A stretch of 59,651 nt of DNA, taken from Caulobacteraceae bacterium (GTDB lineage Bacteria > Pseudomonadota > Alphaproteobacteria > Caulobacterales > Caulobacteraceae). Positions within the stretch are counted from its first letter, which is position 1, and every line of letters begins with the position of its first letter. The translations under genes were made by a program, and so were the position numbers. The notes under the pieces were generated by a model. The model saw only the letters and a list, made by a program, of their open reading frames with translations, had not been told where the DNA came from and did no database searches. Of the stretch, positions 10,073 through 22,996 are shown piece by piece. The DNA lies in contig DASXIE010000243.1 of NCBI GenBank assembly GCA_036498165.1, forward strand, positions 1 through 59,651, read 5' to 3'.

Positions 10073-11338
10073 TCAAACTTCCAGCAACAGGCGCTGTGGA
10101 TCCTCGATGTGTTCCTTGACCTTGACCAGGAAGGTCACGGCGCCCTGACCGTCAACCACCCGGTGATCGTAGGAGAGAGCCAGGTACATCATCGGCCGGA
10201 TGACTACCTGGCCGTTCACCGCCATCGGCCGATCCTGGATCTTGTGCATGCCGAGAATCCCCGATTGCGGGGCGTTGAGGATCGGGGTCGACATCAGCGA
10301 GCCGTAGACCCCGCCATTGGAAATCGTGAAGGTGCCACCCTGCAGGTCCTCGAGGGCCAGTTCGCCGTCGCGGGCCTTCTTGCCAAGTTGCCCGACCGCT
10401 GTCTCGATACCGGCGAGGCTGAGGGCGTCGGCATCGCGGACCACCGGGACGACCAGGCCGCGCTCGGTGCCGACCGCCACCCCGATGTCGTAGTGGTTCT
10501 TGTAGATGAGATCAGTCCCGTCGATCTCGGCGTTAACCGCCGGGACTTCCTTCAGGGCGAATACGCAGGCCTTGACGAAGAAGCCCATGAACCCGAGCCG
10601 CACGCCGTGGCGCCTCTCGAAATCCTCCTTGTACTGATTGCGGAGGGACATCACCGCGCTCATGTCGACCTCATTGAAGGTGGTCAGCATGGCGGCGTTG
10701 GCCTGGGCCTCCTTGAGGCGGCGGGCGATGGTCTGGCGCAGGCGGCTCATCCGCACCCGCTCCTCGCGCTCGTGGATCGCGCGGGCGGGGACGACCTGCG
10801 GCTCGGCAGGCGGTCTCTTGGCCAATGCGTCAATGGCGGCCAGTGCGTCGCCCTTGGTGATCCGCCCCTCGCGGCCGGTGCCGGCGATGGCGGCAGGATC
10901 GAGGGTGTTCTCGGCGACGATCCGCTGGACGGCGGGCGAGAGGGGCCTGGTCGGCTCGGGCCGGGTGTCGGGCGCGGCCGGCGCGGGAGCGGGCCCAGGC
11001 TTCTCTTCCCCCTTCGGCTCGGGCTTCTCTTCCGCCTTTGGCTCGGGTTTCGGTTGGGGCTTGGGCTCCGCCTTCGGCTCGGCCGGCGTGGCAGGGGCAG
11101 CAGCCCCGGCCCCGACCTGGCCCAGCCTCTGGCCGGGCCCGACCGTATCTCCCTCGGCGGCGTCGATGGCCGAGAGCACCCCATCCTCCGGGGAGACGAC
11201 CTCGAGGCTGACTTTGTCGGTCTCCAGCTCGACCAGCACCTCGTCGCGCTTCACCGCCTCGCCGGGCTGCTTGGTCCACCGCGCCACGGTCGCCTCGGTG
11301 ACCGACTCGCCAAGCGCCGGGGTCATGATGTCGGTCAT
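10073..11338 (-). CDS. sucB: 2-oxoglutarate dehydrogenase E2, dihydrolipoamide succinyltransferase
   Basis: Lipoyl motif ETDKV, E3-binding [12 protein letters not shown] and DHRVVDG. Start MTDIMTP is preceded by GGAGG. Confidence 0.96.
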   Translation of the reverse strand: MTDIMTPALGESVTEATVARWTKQPGEAVKRDEVLVELETDKVSLEVVSPEDGVLSAIDAAEGDTVGPGQRLGQVGAGAAAPATPAEPKAEPKPQPKPEPKAEEKPEPKGEEKPGPAPAPAAPDTRPEPTRPLSPAVQRIVAENTLDPAAIAGTGREGRITKGDALAAIDALAKRPPAEPQVVPARAIHEREERVRMSRLRQTIARRLKEAQANAAMLTTFNEVDMSAVMSLRNQYKEDFERRHGVRLGFMGFFVKACVFALKEVPAVNAEIDGTDLIYKNHYDIGVAVGTERGLVVPVVRDADALSLAGIETAVGQLGKKARDGELALEDLQGGTFTISNGGVYGSLMSTPILNAPQSGILGMHKIQDRPMAVNGQVVIRPMMYLALSYDHRVVDGQGAVTFLVKVKEHIEDPQRLLLEV

Positions 11339-11355
11339 TTGAGGCCTCCCAAGTC

Positions 11356-14307
11356 TTAGGCGAACGCGGCGGCCAGGAAGGCGTCGAGTTCCTTCTTGTG
11401 CCGGCCCATTACCCCAGCGGCAGTCGAGGCGCTGGCCGGGCGGCCGACGTAGCGGGCCCGCTTGGCGGCGATCTTCATCTTGGCGAGGGTGAGTTCCAGC
11501 CATGGATCGACGAACGTCCAGCCGCCCATGTTCTTGGGCTCCTCCTGGCACCAGACGAGTTCGGCGGCGGTGAAGCGGGCCAGCTCGGTGGTGAGGGACT
11601 TCATCGGCCAGGGATAGAACTGCTCGAGGCGCAACAGGTAGACATCGTCGGCGCCGCGGGCCTCGCGCTCGTCGAGGAGGTCGTAATAGACCTTGCCAGA
11701 GCACAGGATCACGCGACGGACGCGATCGTCGGGGGCGAGCTTCGCGGTGGTGTGGCGACCCCACTGGGCGTCATCCTGCAGGACGCGGTGGAAGGAGGAA
11801 CCCTCGGCCATGTCGGCCAGCGTAGAGACGGCCTTCTTGTGGCGCAGCAGGGACTTGGGCGTCATCAGCACCAGGGGCTTGCGGAACTCGCGCAGCATCT
11901 GGCGACGCAGAATGTGGAAGTAGTTGGCTGGCGTGCTGCAGTTGGCGACCTGCATGTTGTCCTCGGCGCATAGCTGCAGATAGCGCTCGAGGCGGGCTGA
12001 TGAGTGCTCCGGTCCCTGGCCCTCGTAGCCGTGCGGCAGGAGCATGGTGAGGCCGCTCATCCTCAGCCACTTGCGCTCGCCCGAGGAGATGAGCTGGTCG
12101 ATCACAACCTGAGCGCCGTTGGCGAAATCGCCGAACTGGGCCTCCCAGACTGTAAGTGTGCGGGGCTCGTTGAGGGAAAATCCGTATTCGAAACCGAGCA
12201 CCGCCTCTTCCGACAGGGGCGAATCGAGGGCCTCGAAATGGGCTTGGGCCGGGCGCAGGTGGCGAAGCGGCGTGTAGTGCTCTTCGGTGGTCTGGTCGAT
12301 GATGTCGCAGTGGCGCTGGACGAAGGTGCCGCGGACGGTGTCCTGGCCCGACAGGCGGACCGGGAATCCCTGGTCGAGCAAGGTGGCGAAGGCCAGGTGC
12401 TCGGCCGTGGCCCAGTCGATGCTGTCGCCCGCCTCAATGGCGGCGCGTCGATGCTCGATCACCCGCTTCACGGTGCGCTGCACATCGATCCGCTCGGGGA
12501 TGGAGGTAAACCGAAGGCCCAGATCGATGAGCTTCTGCTTGGGGGCGGCGGTGTCGCCGCGGCGCTCATCGCCCTCCGGCAGATTGAGGCCGGCCCATTT
12601 GCCGTCGAGCCAGTCGGCCTTGTCGGGCTGGTAGGTCTTGCCGGCCTCGAATTCGTTCTCGAGGAACTTCTCGAAATCAGCGATCCAGCCGTCGATCTCG
12701 GCCTCGCTGGCGACCCCCTCTCCGATCAGGCGGCGAGCATAGAGCTCGCGTGTGGTCGGGTGTTCCTTGATGGCCTTGTACATCAAGGGCTGGGTCATGG
12801 TCGGATCATCACCCTCGTTGTGACCGAACCGGCGGTAGCAGAACATGTCGATGACCACGTCCTTGCCGAACTGCTGGCGGTATTCGATGGCGATGCGGGC
12901 GACGAAGGTCACCGCCTCGGGATCATCGCCGTTGGCGTGGAAGATGGGAGCCTCGACCATCAGGGCGGTGTCGGACGGATAGGGGCTGGAGCGGCTGTAG
13001 CGCGGGTAAGTGGTAAAACCGATCTGGTTGTTGACGATGAAGTGGACCGCTCCGCCGGTGCGGTAGCCCTTGATGCCCATCAGGTTGAAGCACTCGGCCA
13101 CCACTCCCTGGCCGGCGAAGGCGGCGTCGCCGTGCATGAGCAGAGGCAGAACGTGGCCACGCCCCTGTGTGGGGTCCTCGCGCAGGAGGAAGGCCTGCTT
13201 GGCTCGCGACTTGCCAAGCACTACCGGATTGACGATCTCCAGGTGGCTGGGATTGGCGGTGAGGGAGAGGTGGACGGCGTTGCCGTCGAAGGCGCGGTCC
13301 GACGAGGCGCCCAGGTGGTATTTCACGTCCCCCGAGCCCTCGATGTCCTCGGGCATGGCCGAACCGCCGGAAAACTCGTGGAAGATCACCCGATAGGGCT
13401 TGGCCATGACCGCGGCCAGGACATTCAGCCGGCCCCGGTGGGGCATGCCGATGACGATGTCCTTCACCCCCAGCGCCCCGCCGCGCTTGATGATCTGCTC
13501 CATGGCCGGCACCGCCGATTCGGCTCCGTCGAGACCGAAGCGCTTGGCGCCGGGATAGCGCTTGGCCAGGAAGCGCTCGAAGCTCTCGGCCTCGATAAGC
13601 TTCTTGAGGATGGCGATCTTGCCCTCGGGGGTGAAGCTGATCTCCTTGTCGTGGCCTTCAATCCGCCGCTGTAGCCAGGCCTTCTCGGCCGGATCGGAGA
13701 TGTGCATGTACTGCACTCCGACCGTGCCGCAGTAGGTTCGCCGCAAGATGGCCAGGATCTCGCGCAGGGCGCCGGTTTCCAGGCCGAGAACGAAGTCGAG
13801 AAAGATCGGCCGGTCGTAATCGCGCTCGGCGAAGCCGTAGCTGGCCGGGTCAAGTTCGCTGGCGTCGCCGGCAGTGATCGCAATGCCCAGGGGATCGAGC
13901 TTGGCCTCGAGGTGGCCACGAACCCGGTAAGCGCGGATCATCATGATGGCGCGCAGGGAATCGAGGGTGCGGGCGCGGATCTCCTCGGGGGCGGCGGCCG
14001 GCTCCGCGGCGGCGATCTTGGCGGCGAGCTTGGCTTCTACCGCCGGCCACAGGCCATCGATGGCGCTCAGCCATTCGGGGCGCGGCTCCGGCGAGCGCGG
14101 CCGGGCCCAGGCAGGAGGACCAGCCGAGCGGCGCACGGAATCAGGCGTATCGGCCAGGGTGGCGAAGAAAGCGGCCCACGAGGGTTCCACCGAGCCGGGA
14201 TCCCTGGCCCAGCGTGCCTGCAGATCCTCTACGAAGCCGGCGTTGCCGCCGTAGAGAAAGGAGGTTTCGGCCAGGATCTCGTTCAGCCGGCCAGCATCGT
14301 CCGCCAT
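11356..14307 (-). CDS. sucA: 2-oxoglutarate dehydrogenase E1
   Basis: [32 protein letters not shown] and [11 protein letters not shown]. Confidence 0.98.
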   Translation of the reverse strand: MADDAGRLNEILAETSFLYGGNAGFVEDLQARWARDPGSVEPSWAAFFATLADTPDSVRRSAGPPAWARPRSPEPRPEWLSAIDGLWPAVEAKLAAKIAAAEPAAAPEEIRARTLDSLRAIMMIRAYRVRGHLEAKLDPLGIAITAGDASELDPASYGFAERDYDRPIFLDFVLGLETGALREILAILRRTYCGTVGVQYMHISDPAEKAWLQRRIEGHDKEISFTPEGKIAILKKLIEAESFERFLAKRYPGAKRFGLDGAESAVPAMEQIIKRGGALGVKDIVIGMPHRGRLNVLAAVMAKPYRVIFHEFSGGSAMPEDIEGSGDVKYHLGASSDRAFDGNAVHLSLTANPSHLEIVNPVVLGKSRAKQAFLLREDPTQGRGHVLPLLMHGDAAFAGQGVVAECFNLMGIKGYRTGGAVHFIVNNQIGFTTYPRYSRSSPYPSDTALMVEAPIFHANGDDPEAVTFVARIAIEYRQQFGKDVVIDMFCYRRFGHNEGDDPTMTQPLMYKAIKEHPTTRELYARRLIGEGVASEAEIDGWIADFEKFLENEFEAGKTYQPDKADWLDGKWAGLNLPEGDERRGDTAAPKQKLIDLGLRFTSIPERIDVQRTVKRVIEHRRAAIEAGDSIDWATAEHLAFATLLDQGFPVRLSGQDTVRGTFVQRHCDIIDQTTEEHYTPLRHLRPAQAHFEALDSPLSEEAVLGFEYGFSLNEPRTLTVWEAQFGDFANGAQVVIDQLISSGERKWLRMSGLTMLLPHGYEGQGPEHSSARLERYLQLCAEDNMQVANCSTPANYFHILRRQMLREFRKPLVLMTPKSLLRHKKAVSTLADMAEGSSFHRVLQDDAQWGRHTTAKLAPDDRVRRVILCSGKVYYDLLDEREARGADDVYLLRLEQFYPWPMKSLTTELARFTAAELVWCQEEPKNMGGWTFVDPWLELTLAKMKIAAKRARYVGRPASASTAAGVMGRHKKELDAFLAAAFA

Positions 14308-14413
14308 CTAAGTCTCACCTTGGGCGCGTCAGACTTAGCCGCGCCACGCGTCAAATATGTATCGCAGGGAAGGATTTTAATGAAACGCCGTCACCTGCCC
14401 CCCGGGTTTCCGC

Positions 14414-15289
14414 TCAAGTCTTGAGCAACTCCAGCAGGGTGTGGCCGAGGGCGGCGGGAGAAGGTGAAATGCGAATCCCGGCCGCCTCCATGGCCGCGAT
14501 CTTGTCGTCGGCTCCTCCCTTGCCACCGGAGATGATCGCGCCGGCGTGGCCCATGCGCCGGCCCGGCGGGGCGGTGCGCCCGGCGATGAAGCCGACCATG
14601 GGCTTCCTGACCTTGTGATCCTTGATGAAGGCGGCGGCGTCCTCCTCGCCGGAGCCGCCGATCTCGCCGATCATGATGATCGACTGCGTCGCCGGATCGG
14701 CCAGGAACATTTCCAGAATATCGATGAACTCGGTTCCCTTCACCGGATCGCCGCCGATGCCGACCGCCGAGGTCTGGCCAAGGCCGACCTGGCTGGTCTG
14801 GAACACCGCTTCGTAGGTGAGCGTGCCCGAGCGCGACACCACCCCCACCGAGCCCGGCCGGAAAATGTTGCCGGGCATGATCCCGATCTTGCACTGGTCG
14901 GGGGTGAGGACACCGGGGCAGTTGGGTCCGATCAGGCGGGACTTCGAGCCGCACAGCGCCCGCTTGACGGTGATCATGTCGCCCACCGGGATGCCCTCGG
15001 TGATCGTCACGATTAGGCCGATCTCGGCGTCGATGGCTTCCAGGATGGCGTCGGCCGCGAAGACCGGCGGCACATAGATAACGCTGGCGTCGGGTTTCAC
15101 GGCCTCGGCCGCCGCGGCGACCGTGTCGAACACCGGCAGGCCCAGGTGGGTCGATCCGCCCTTGCCAGGCGAGACCCCACCGACCATGGCCGTGCCATAG
15201 GCGATGGCTTGCTCGGTGTGAAAGGTGCCCTGGGCGCCGGTCACGCCCTGGCAGATCACCCGGGTGGATTGGTCGATCAGAATGGACAT
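14414..15289 (-). CDS. sucD: Succinyl-CoA synthetase alpha subunit
   Basis: [20 protein letters not shown] and RMGHAGA (phospho-His). Confidence 0.97.
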   Translation of the reverse strand: MSILIDQSTRVICQGVTGAQGTFHTEQAIAYGTAMVGGVSPGKGGSTHLGLPVFDTVAAAAEAVKPDASVIYVPPVFAADAILEAIDAEIGLIVTITEGIPVGDMITVKRALCGSKSRLIGPNCPGVLTPDQCKIGIMPGNIFRPGSVGVVSRSGTLTYEAVFQTSQVGLGQTSAVGIGGDPVKGTEFIDILEMFLADPATQSIIMIGEIGGSGEEDAAAFIKDHKVRKPMVGFIAGRTAPPGRRMGHAGAIISGGKGGADDKIAAMEAAGIRISPSPAALGHTLLELLKT

Positions 15290-15309
15290 GGAAGTCGGCG
15301 GCGCTTCGC

Positions 15310-15852
15310 TTACGACTTGATCTTCAGGAGGTCGAGGATCGTGTCGGCGCCGTCGGCCGAGAGTGTGAAAAACTCCAGGCCGGCGGCGGCGGCGGCGGCG
15401 TTGTACTCGCCCGGCTGCAGGGCCTTGCGCGCCCCGCCGGCCGGGGTAAAGCGCCATACGTCCTGGGTGGGCGTGTTGGTCTGCGGGCTGAAGCCGGCCC
15501 AGTCCTGGGCTTCCTTGACGATGCCGCCGACTGTCATCGGGCTGACGCGCACGGTGCAGGCGCTGATCTTGACCGGGCCCTTGGTCCCGTGCCAGGCGAA
15601 GACAGTGAGCTTGACTGGGCCGGCGGCTTCTTCGCGCGCCACGCTCTCGACCACGGTGACGCCCTGCATGGTCGCCGCCTTGACTTCGGCGGGGCGCCAG
15701 CCGCCGGTGGTCAGGGCGGCCTTGACCGCGTCGAAATCGGAGTGGTTGTCGGCGCACACTTGGCGGAAGGCGTCAAAGGCGGGCGAGGCCGCGGCCGGGC
15801 TCGCCGCCGCCGCCAGTAGCGCCGCGGCCAGCACCGCTTGTGATCGGTTCAT
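15310..15852 (-). CDS. Hypothetical secreted protein between sucC and sucD
   Basis: 180 aa with a Sec signal ([17 protein letters not shown]), two Cys and host-like codon usage. Start abuts the sucC stop. Confidence 0.7.
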   Translation of the reverse strand: MNRSQAVLAAALLAAAASPAAASPAFDAFRQVCADNHSDFDAVKAALTTGGWRPAEVKAATMQGVTVVESVAREEAAGPVKLTVFAWHGTKGPVKISACTVRVSPMTVGGIVKEAQDWAGFSPQTNTPTQDVWRFTPAGGARKALQPGEYNAAAAAAGLEFFTLSADGADTILDLLKIKS

Positions 15853-17022
15853 CTATCTTGCTCCCTTGACGGCCCGGACGATCTTCTCCGCCCCGTCGGC
15901 CAGGTCGTTGGCGGCGATCACGTCGAGGCCGCTGTTGCTGAGGATGTTCTTGCCGAGCTCGACGTTGGTGCCTTCGAGTCGGACCACGAGCGGCACCTTC
16001 AGGCCCACCTCGCGGACCGCCGCCACCACCCCCTCGGCGATGATGTCGCAACGCATGATCCCGCCGAAGATGTTGACCAGGATCCCTTTGACGTTGGGAT
16101 CGGCGGTGATGATCTTGAACGCGGCCGTGACCTTCTCCTTGGACGCCCCCCCGCCGACATCGAGGAAGTTGGCCGGCTCGGCGCCATAGAGCTTGATGAT
16201 GTCCATGGTCGCCATGGCCAGGCCCGCGCCGTTGACCATGCAGCCGATCTCGCCGTCCAGGGCGATGTAGGAAAGTTCGTGGCGCGCCGCTTCGATCTCC
16301 TTGGCGTCCTCCTCGCTTTCGTCGCGCAGGGCCACGACGTCGGGATGGCGATAGAGGGCGTTGTCGTCGAAGGAGACCTTGGCGTCGAGCACCACCAGCT
16401 TGCCCTCGCCTGTGACGATGAGCGGATTGACTTCCAGCAGGCTCATGTCCTTGGCGGTGAAGGCCTTGTAGAGGCCGCTCAGGAGGACGCGGATCTGCTT
16501 GGCCTGGTCACCGGCGATGCCAAGCGCCTTGGCCAGCAGCGCGGCGTGGTGCGGCCATGGTCCGGTGGCCGGATCGAGGGTCAGGGTGACGATCTTTTCG
16601 GGGCTGCTCTTGGCCACCTCTTCGATGTCCATGCCGCCCTCGGTGGAGGCGACCACCGCGACCCAGCTGGTCTCGCGGTCCACGAGCAGGGAGAGGTAGA
16701 GCTCGCGCTCGATGGCCGCTCCTTCCTCGATGTAGAGTCGGCGCACGATGCGGCCCTTGGGGCCGGTCTGGTGGGTGATCAGCGTCATGCCCAACATGCG
16801 CTCGGCCTCGGCGCGCAGATCGGCGAGGGATCTCACCACCTTGACGCCGCCGCCTTTGCCCCGGCCGCCGGCGTGGATCTGGGCCTTGACCACCCACACA
16901 GGTCCGCCGAGCTTCTCGCCGGCCGCCACCGCTTCCTCGACACTGAACACCGCGGTCCCGCGCGGAACGGGAACGCCGAATTCGGCGAGGACGGCCTTGG
17001 CCTGATGCTCGTGGATGTTCAT
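15853..17022 (-). CDS. sucC: Succinyl-CoA synthetase beta subunit
   Basis: [34 protein letters not shown] and [10 protein letters not shown]. Confidence 0.98.
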   Translation of the reverse strand: MNIHEHQAKAVLAEFGVPVPRGTAVFSVEEAVAAGEKLGGPVWVVKAQIHAGGRGKGGGVKVVRSLADLRAEAERMLGMTLITHQTGPKGRIVRRLYIEEGAAIERELYLSLLVDRETSWVAVVASTEGGMDIEEVAKSSPEKIVTLTLDPATGPWPHHAALLAKALGIAGDQAKQIRVLLSGLYKAFTAKDMSLLEVNPLIVTGEGKLVVLDAKVSFDDNALYRHPDVVALRDESEEDAKEIEAARHELSYIALDGEIGCMVNGAGLAMATMDIIKLYGAEPANFLDVGGGASKEKVTAAFKIITADPNVKGILVNIFGGIMRCDIIAEGVVAAVREVGLKVPLVVRLEGTNVELGKNILSNSGLDVIAANDLADGAEKIVRAVKGAR

Positions 17023-17108
17023 TAGGGAATCTGAAGCGGCGGGAAAGCTCGGCGCTTATAGGGGGGGCGCCTGGGGCGCGCAACGGCGCCCTTTAGGTCA
17101 AGCTAGCA

Positions 17109-20100
17109 TCACCCCGTCCGCCCGACCACCGCCGTCGCCCGCCGCTCGAGCTTGCCCCAGCCGACCCGGTAGCCGCGAATGGCCGAGGCCACGGACTTGA
17201 CCACCACGTAGTACATCAGCTGGCGATAGCCGAAGCGCTGCACCGGCAGCCAGACGAGGTCGCCCCACGGCGCGCGACGCTCCAGCGCCATGCCGAGCGC
17301 CCCGGCCGACAGGTCCAGGAAGATGAACGCCGCCCAGTAGAAGAGCGAGCGCAAGGTATCGTCCGGCGACCACTCCACCGGATGGAAATAGCGGCCGTAG
17401 AGGGCCCAGACGAGCGACGAGACGATCGCCAGATCGACGAGCGGCGAAGCCACCGTGAGGACGATCTGGAAGAGCCAGATCTGCGGCAGGGCGACGAAGC
17501 CGAGGACCGGCCGGCGGGAACTGAAGAGGCCGCTGCGATGCTTCCACAGGCACTGCAAGGTGCCGAACGACCAGCGGAATCTCTGGTTCAGCAGGCCGGC
17601 GACGGTGTCGGGCGCCTCGGTGAAGGCGCGGGCGGTGGAATCGAACTCGACCCGCCAGCCGGCGCTCTGGCAGGCGAGCGTGAGGTCCTGGTCCTCCGCA
17701 AGGGTGTCGGCGGGATAGCCCCCCAGCTCGGTGAGGGCGGCGCGCCGCCAGGCCCCGACGGCCCCCGGCACTACCGTTACCGCCCCAAGGGCCGCCAGGG
17801 CCCGTCGCTCGAGGTTCTGGGCGGTGACGTATTCGAGACCCTGCCAACGGGTGATGAGATTGAGCCGGTTACCCACCAGGGCGTTGCCGGCCACCGCGCC
17901 CACCCTGGGATCGGCGAACCAGCGCGCCAACCGGGGCAGGGTCTCAGGGGGAAAGAGGGTGTCGGCGTCGAGCGCCACAACTACTTCGCCGTGGCAGAGC
18001 GCCAGGCCGCGGTTGAGAGCCCTGGCCTTGCCGCCGTTCTCGAAGCTGAGGAGGGTGACGCGCGGCTCATCGCTGAACGCGCCGCGCACGGCCGCGGCGG
18101 TGCCATCGGCCGAGCCATCGTCGATGACCAGGACCTCGAGATTGTCCCACTCGCTATGGAGGATCCGCTCCACCGAGGAGACGATGACCTTCTCCTCGTT
18201 GAAGCACGGGATGAGGACGCTGATCAGCGGCCCCGTCGCGCGGTCCAGCATGGCCGGCTCGCGGAGCGGCTCTCGGAGGCGGTGGAAGAGCGACAGGGAG
18301 GCCAGGAACGCCAGGCGCGCGACGCCCAACACGATTGCGATGGTGAAGAGGGCCTGCATGCCGGCGTTCAGATAGCGGAAGAATCCGAATCCCAACCGGT
18401 CTAGGAACAGCTCCCAGGAGCTGCGCGAGGTCGGCGGCAGGGCGTCGGCGCGGCTCATCCCAGCCAGCTGGTCGACGGTGACCAGTCGCAGGCCGCGGGC
18501 GCGGATGGCGTCGATGAGGCCGGGCAGCGCCTCGATGGTGTGCCTTCGGTCGCCTCCTGCGTCGTGCAGAAGCACCACCTGGCCGGCGGTCGGCCCTGTG
18601 TCCGCAAGGCGGGCCATGGTCTTGTCGATGATCTGCTGAGGCGTCGGCTTCTTCCAGTCGTCCGGGTCGATCCTGAGGCCGACAATGAGATAACCCAGCT
18701 TCTGGGCCAGGATCAGGGGCTCGACTTCGCCGGGCGTCGACGGCTCGGCGTCGCCGAAATAGGGCGGCCGGAAGAAGCGCATCGACTTGCCGGTCAGGAC
18801 CGCGAACAGCCGCTGGGTGGTGTTGATCTCCAGGTCGGTCTGGGCCAGAGGCGTCGCGGCGATGTTGGGATGGGTCCAGGTGTGATTGCCGACCATCATT
18901 CCCTCGGCCATCTCGCGCTGCACGATCTCGGGTTTGGCCTGCATGTTCTGGCCGATCACGAAGAAGGTCGCCGTGGCGTGCTTGGCTTTCAGGATGTCGA
19001 GGATCTTCGGCGTCCAACGCCCGTCGGGCCCATCGTCGAAAGTGAGCGCCACCCAGCCCGGATGGGCCCCGTAGCGGTCGATGACGTAGGACGTCGGCAT
19101 GACCTTGTAGTCCTCGCCGGAGATGAGGCCGGTATCCGGATCGATCTCGATCGAGCGCGCGCCGCTGGTCGGCGAGGCGTCGACGTGCAGGACCTCGCCG
19201 GTGCCGTCGAAATCCACCCCGACGCTGGGCTCGATGCGCTCGAGCCCGACGGGCTGGGCCGAGCCATAGGGCTGGTGGAGATAGCGCCACACCGCCGGAT
19301 CCTCCGCTCCCATCCGCCACAGGGCGTAGCCGAGCGGCCGATAGGGATCGGCGACTTTGATCTCGTTGAACAGGGTGGCGGCGTCGAGGAACCATACCGA
19401 GTGCTTGCGCTTGTCGTCGCCCTGGTAGGCGAAGGTCGGGTTGAGGGCGTCGTCGTCGAAGCTGACCGACGCGTCGGCGTCGTGGGCGATCTGGGTGGCG
19501 TCGTAGAAGGTGACCGACTCGGCCCTGCCCGGCCCTGATTTGTCCTTCAGCGTCCAGTTGTAGCCATAGGCCCCGAAGGCGATGACCGTGCGCGCGGCGG
19601 TGAGGCGGCGCATGTCGTGGTCGAGGGTCTGTTCGAACCAGTTCTGGCTGGCCGGTGGGCCGGCGTCGCCCGTGCCCCAGTGCTCGTCGTAGGCCATCAG
19701 GACCACGGTGTCGGCGACACTGCCCAGCCGCACGAGAGGCCAGGCCTCATCGCCAAACGGGGTGGCGACCCACACTTCGCGGCCGATAGGCTTCAGGGCC
19801 GCGCGAGCCTTGGCGATGAGGCCGGGCAGGCGGGCGATGGCGGCCGGCGAGATGTTCTCGAAATCGAAGACATAGCCGGCATAGCCATGCTGCTGGGCGA
19901 GCGCTACGAGGTTGCTGATCAGGGCTTTCTCAGCGGCCGGATTGAGCAGCAGCTTGTCCGCGAGCGGCCCGTCGTTGAAACCATTGTGGCCATTGTGGAC
20001 CATGGGCAGCACCGAAGGCGGGGTCTTGGCGGTGGCGATGATGGCGTCGGCCTGGGGGTCGGAGGTCACCGCCAGGCGCCCCAGCGAGCCGTCGAGCAGC

Positions 20101-20465
20101 AGCCACTGCGGCGAAACCACATCGAGCTGGCCGATATGGCGCTTGAGCGAGACGCGGGAGTCCTCGTCCCAGCTGACGTAGAAGCCCACCGACAGGGGGC
20201 GCGCCCGCCCGCCGACCGCGATCTTGTTCGGCCTGGGGACCCGGCGCCATTCGGCCGGCCGCTTGAGCCGGTGTGCCGTCTCGACATGCAGGGCCTGCAG
20301 GACCTGCGGATCCTTCAACGTCAGGCTGGGCAGGCGCGGGGCGAACGCGAGGGTGGCGAAGAATCCGGCCACGATCAGCGCCGCCGCGGCGATGACGAGG
20401 CCGACGCCAAGGTTGGCGCGCCGGGCCCGCCGCCCGGTGGGATCGTGAAAGACGAATTCGTCCAT
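17109..20465 (-). CDS. Trifunctional GH18-like / CE4 polysaccharide deacetylase / GT2 processive glycosyltransferase
   Basis: GH18-like GYVFDFE and LMAYDEH. NodB motifs TFDDGP, HTWTHP, RPPY and LHD. GT2 motifs DDGS, DADT, AED and QRFRW, plus TM helices. Confidence 0.88.
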   Translation of the reverse strand: MDEFVFHDPTGRRARRANLGVGLVIAAAALIVAGFFATLAFAPRLPSLTLKDPQVLQALHVETAHRLKRPAEWRRVPRPNKIAVGGRARPLSVGFYVSWDEDSRVSLKRHIGQLDVVSPQWLLLDGSLGRLAVTSDPQADAIIATAKTPPSVLPMVHNGHNGFNDGPLADKLLLNPAAEKALISNLVALAQQHGYAGYVFDFENISPAAIARLPGLIAKARAALKPIGREVWVATPFGDEAWPLVRLGSVADTVVLMAYDEHWGTGDAGPPASQNWFEQTLDHDMRRLTAARTVIAFGAYGYNWTLKDKSGPGRAESVTFYDATQIAHDADASVSFDDDALNPTFAYQGDDKRKHSVWFLDAATLFNEIKVADPYRPLGYALWRMGAEDPAVWRYLHQPYGSAQPVGLERIEPSVGVDFDGTGEVLHVDASPTSGARSIEIDPDTGLISGEDYKVMPTSYVIDRYGAHPGWVALTFDDGPDGRWTPKILDILKAKHATATFFVIGQNMQAKPEIVQREMAEGMMVGNHTWTHPNIAATPLAQTDLEINTTQRLFAVLTGKSMRFFRPPYFGDAEPSTPGEVEPLILAQKLGYLIVGLRIDPDDWKKPTPQQIIDKTMARLADTGPTAGQVVLLHDAGGDRRHTIEALPGLIDAIRARGLRLVTVDQLAGMSRADALPPTSRSSWELFLDRLGFGFFRYLNAGMQALFTIAIVLGVARLAFLASLSLFHRLREPLREPAMLDRATGPLISVLIPCFNEEKVIVSSVERILHSEWDNLEVLVIDDGSADGTAAAVRGAFSDEPRVTLLSFENGGKARALNRGLALCHGEVVVALDADTLFPPETLPRLARWFADPRVGAVAGNALVGNRLNLITRWQGLEYVTAQNLERRALAALGAVTVVPGAVGAWRRAALTELGGYPADTLAEDQDLTLACQSAGWRVEFDSTARAFTEAPDTVAGLLNQRFRWSFGTLQCLWKHRSGLFSSRRPVLGFVALPQIWLFQIVLTVASPLVDLAIVSSLVWALYGRYFHPVEWSPDDTLRSLFYWAAFIFLDLSAGALGMALERRAPWGDLVWLPVQRFGYRQLMYYVVVKSVASAIRGYRVGWGKLERRATAVVGRTG

Positions 20466-20651
20466 CGCGGGGTTGAGGGGGCTTCCTGGCCTTCGCCGGG
20501 TTCGGCGATTCGAGCGCGAACATGACGCAAGGCCGGCGCGATGCAAGGCCGGCGCGCCACCTCGGCCGTCAGGAGAAAATTGCCGAGTAAGGGCGGACGC
20601 GATAGAGCCCGGCCGGTCGGCCGCGGCCGTTCAGGAGTCTCGATCAGGGCC

Positions 20652-21434
20652 GTGGGCGAAGCCAGACCTCATCCCCACCCCGATCCCCACCCCCGGGACA
20701 TCGCGGCGACGTGGCTGAGGATCATCGCCGCCGCCCTGATCGTGGGGGTGATCATGGCCCTGTCGGGAGGGTTCGGCGTCGGCGGGCCGACGATCGTCTC
20801 GCGCCTGGCGTACTGGTTGCTGCTGGTGGCCATGGGCTCGACGATGGGGGTCCTGATCGGGGTCTACCTGATGCCCAGGGCCTGGTTCACGCGCCGTCCG
20901 TGGGGGGTGTGGTTGGCCATCGTCATCGTCCTCTGGCCGCCGGTGATCCTGATGGTCATGACGGCCAACACCCTGGTCGAGCACGCCCCGTTCAACCTGG
21001 CGATGGTCGCCAGGGTCGCGCCCTCGAGTCTGGCGACGACGGCGGCGATGACCGCCTTGGCCTTTCTGGTGCGCCGCCGCGAGCCGATCGAGACCCATGC
21101 CGCGCCGCGCAACGCCGCGCCGGCGAAGTTCCTCGCCCGCCTACCGGGCAAGCTTGCCGGGGCGGATCTGTGGGCCGTTGAGGCCGAGGACCACTACCTG
21201 CGCCTCCACACCTCGCTCGGCCAGGATCTCATTCTCATGCGCCTTGGCGACGCCATAGCCGAGCTGGAGGGGATCGAAGGGGCCCGCACCCACCGTTCCT
21301 GGTGGGTGGCGCGGGCGGCGGTGAAGCGGGTCGAGCGCGAGGACGGCCGGGCGCAGCTGATGCTAATCGACGGCGCGAAGGCGCCGGTGAGCCGGGCTTA
21401 CGTCAAGACGCTGCGCGCCGCCGGCTGGTTCTGA
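20652..21434 (+). CDS. Membrane-anchored LytTR DNA-binding domain protein (start uncertain)
   Basis: About four TM segments followed by AEDHYLRLHT, THRSWWVA and PVSR. Confidence 0.8.
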   Translation: MGEARPHPHPDPHPRDIAATWLRIIAAALIVGVIMALSGGFGVGGPTIVSRLAYWLLLVAMGSTMGVLIGVYLMPRAWFTRRPWGVWLAIVIVLWPPVILMVMTANTLVEHAPFNLAMVARVAPSSLATTAAMTALAFLVRRREPIETHAAPRNAAPAKFLARLPGKLAGADLWAVEAEDHYLRLHTSLGQDLILMRLGDAIAELEGIEGARTHRSWWVARAAVKRVEREDGRAQLMLIDGAKAPVSRAYVKTLRAAGWF

Positions 21435-21957
21435 ACGCCCGCCACTTGTCGGCGCTCTGGGCCCAGACCTCGATCTCCTCGTCCATCGGGGCCGGCATCT
21501 TCGCCGTGCCGGCGCGCTCCGAGCCGAGATGCATGGCGACGCCTTGCGAAGCGATGTTGCCAGCGTCGATGCAGTGGATGACCCGCGTCCAGCCAAGCTC
21601 GTCGACGGCGAAATCCATCGAGGCCGCCGCCGCCTCCCCGGCATAGCCCTGGCCCCAGGCCGGGCGGGCGATCATCCAGCCGACCTCTTCGCCCGGCCAG
21701 CCCTCGGGGCGGTGGGGGCCGACGCGGCCCACCCATCGGCCGCTGGACCGCTCGATCACCGAAAACATTCCAAAGCCGAGGATCGTCCACGAGCCGGCCG
21801 CGCCCACGAAGCCGCGCCAGGCCACGGAACGGGCCTGAGGCCCCCCCAGGAACTTCATGGCCTCCTCGTCCGCCATGGCCTCGGCCCAGGGGTCGAAATC
21901 ATCGACAACCATCGGCCGCAGGATGAGGCGCGCGGTAGTGAGGACCGGGCCGGCCAT
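21403..21957 (-). CDS. GNAT family N-acetyltransferase (RimJ/RimL-like)
   Basis: LTTARLILRP, EVGW, WGQGYAGEAA and NIASQGVA. Confidence 0.88.
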   Translation of the reverse strand: MAGPVLTTARLILRPMVVDDFDPWAEAMADEEAMKFLGGPQARSVAWRGFVGAAGSWTILGFGMFSVIERSSGRWVGRVGPHRPEGWPGEEVGWMIARPAWGQGYAGEAAAASMDFAVDELGWTRVIHCIDAGNIASQGVAMHLGSERAGTAKMPAPMDEEIEVWAQSADKWRAFRTSRRRAAS

Positions 21958-21958
21958 A

Positions 21959-22960
<1,002 letters not shown>

Positions 22961-22996
22961 CTAGACCGGCCCGCGCGGGGCTGCAAGGCTGGGGCC

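Noticed and set aside
10990-11085. Repetitive DNA in sucB ([28 protein letters not shown])
   Set aside because: Ordinary Pro/Ala/Lys/Glu-rich E2 interdomain linker.
9875-13674. Long + strand ORFs (494 aa, 556 aa) antisense to sucB/sucA, and similar ones opposite acnA, priA and the large GT
   Set aside because: Shadow ORFs caused by high-GC codon bias of the real opposite-strand genes. They have no recognisable motifs.
20671-20694. Short tandem repeat ATCCCCACCCC(G) x2
   Set aside because: Only two copies, in frame in or near the LytTR N-terminus, with no evidence of function.
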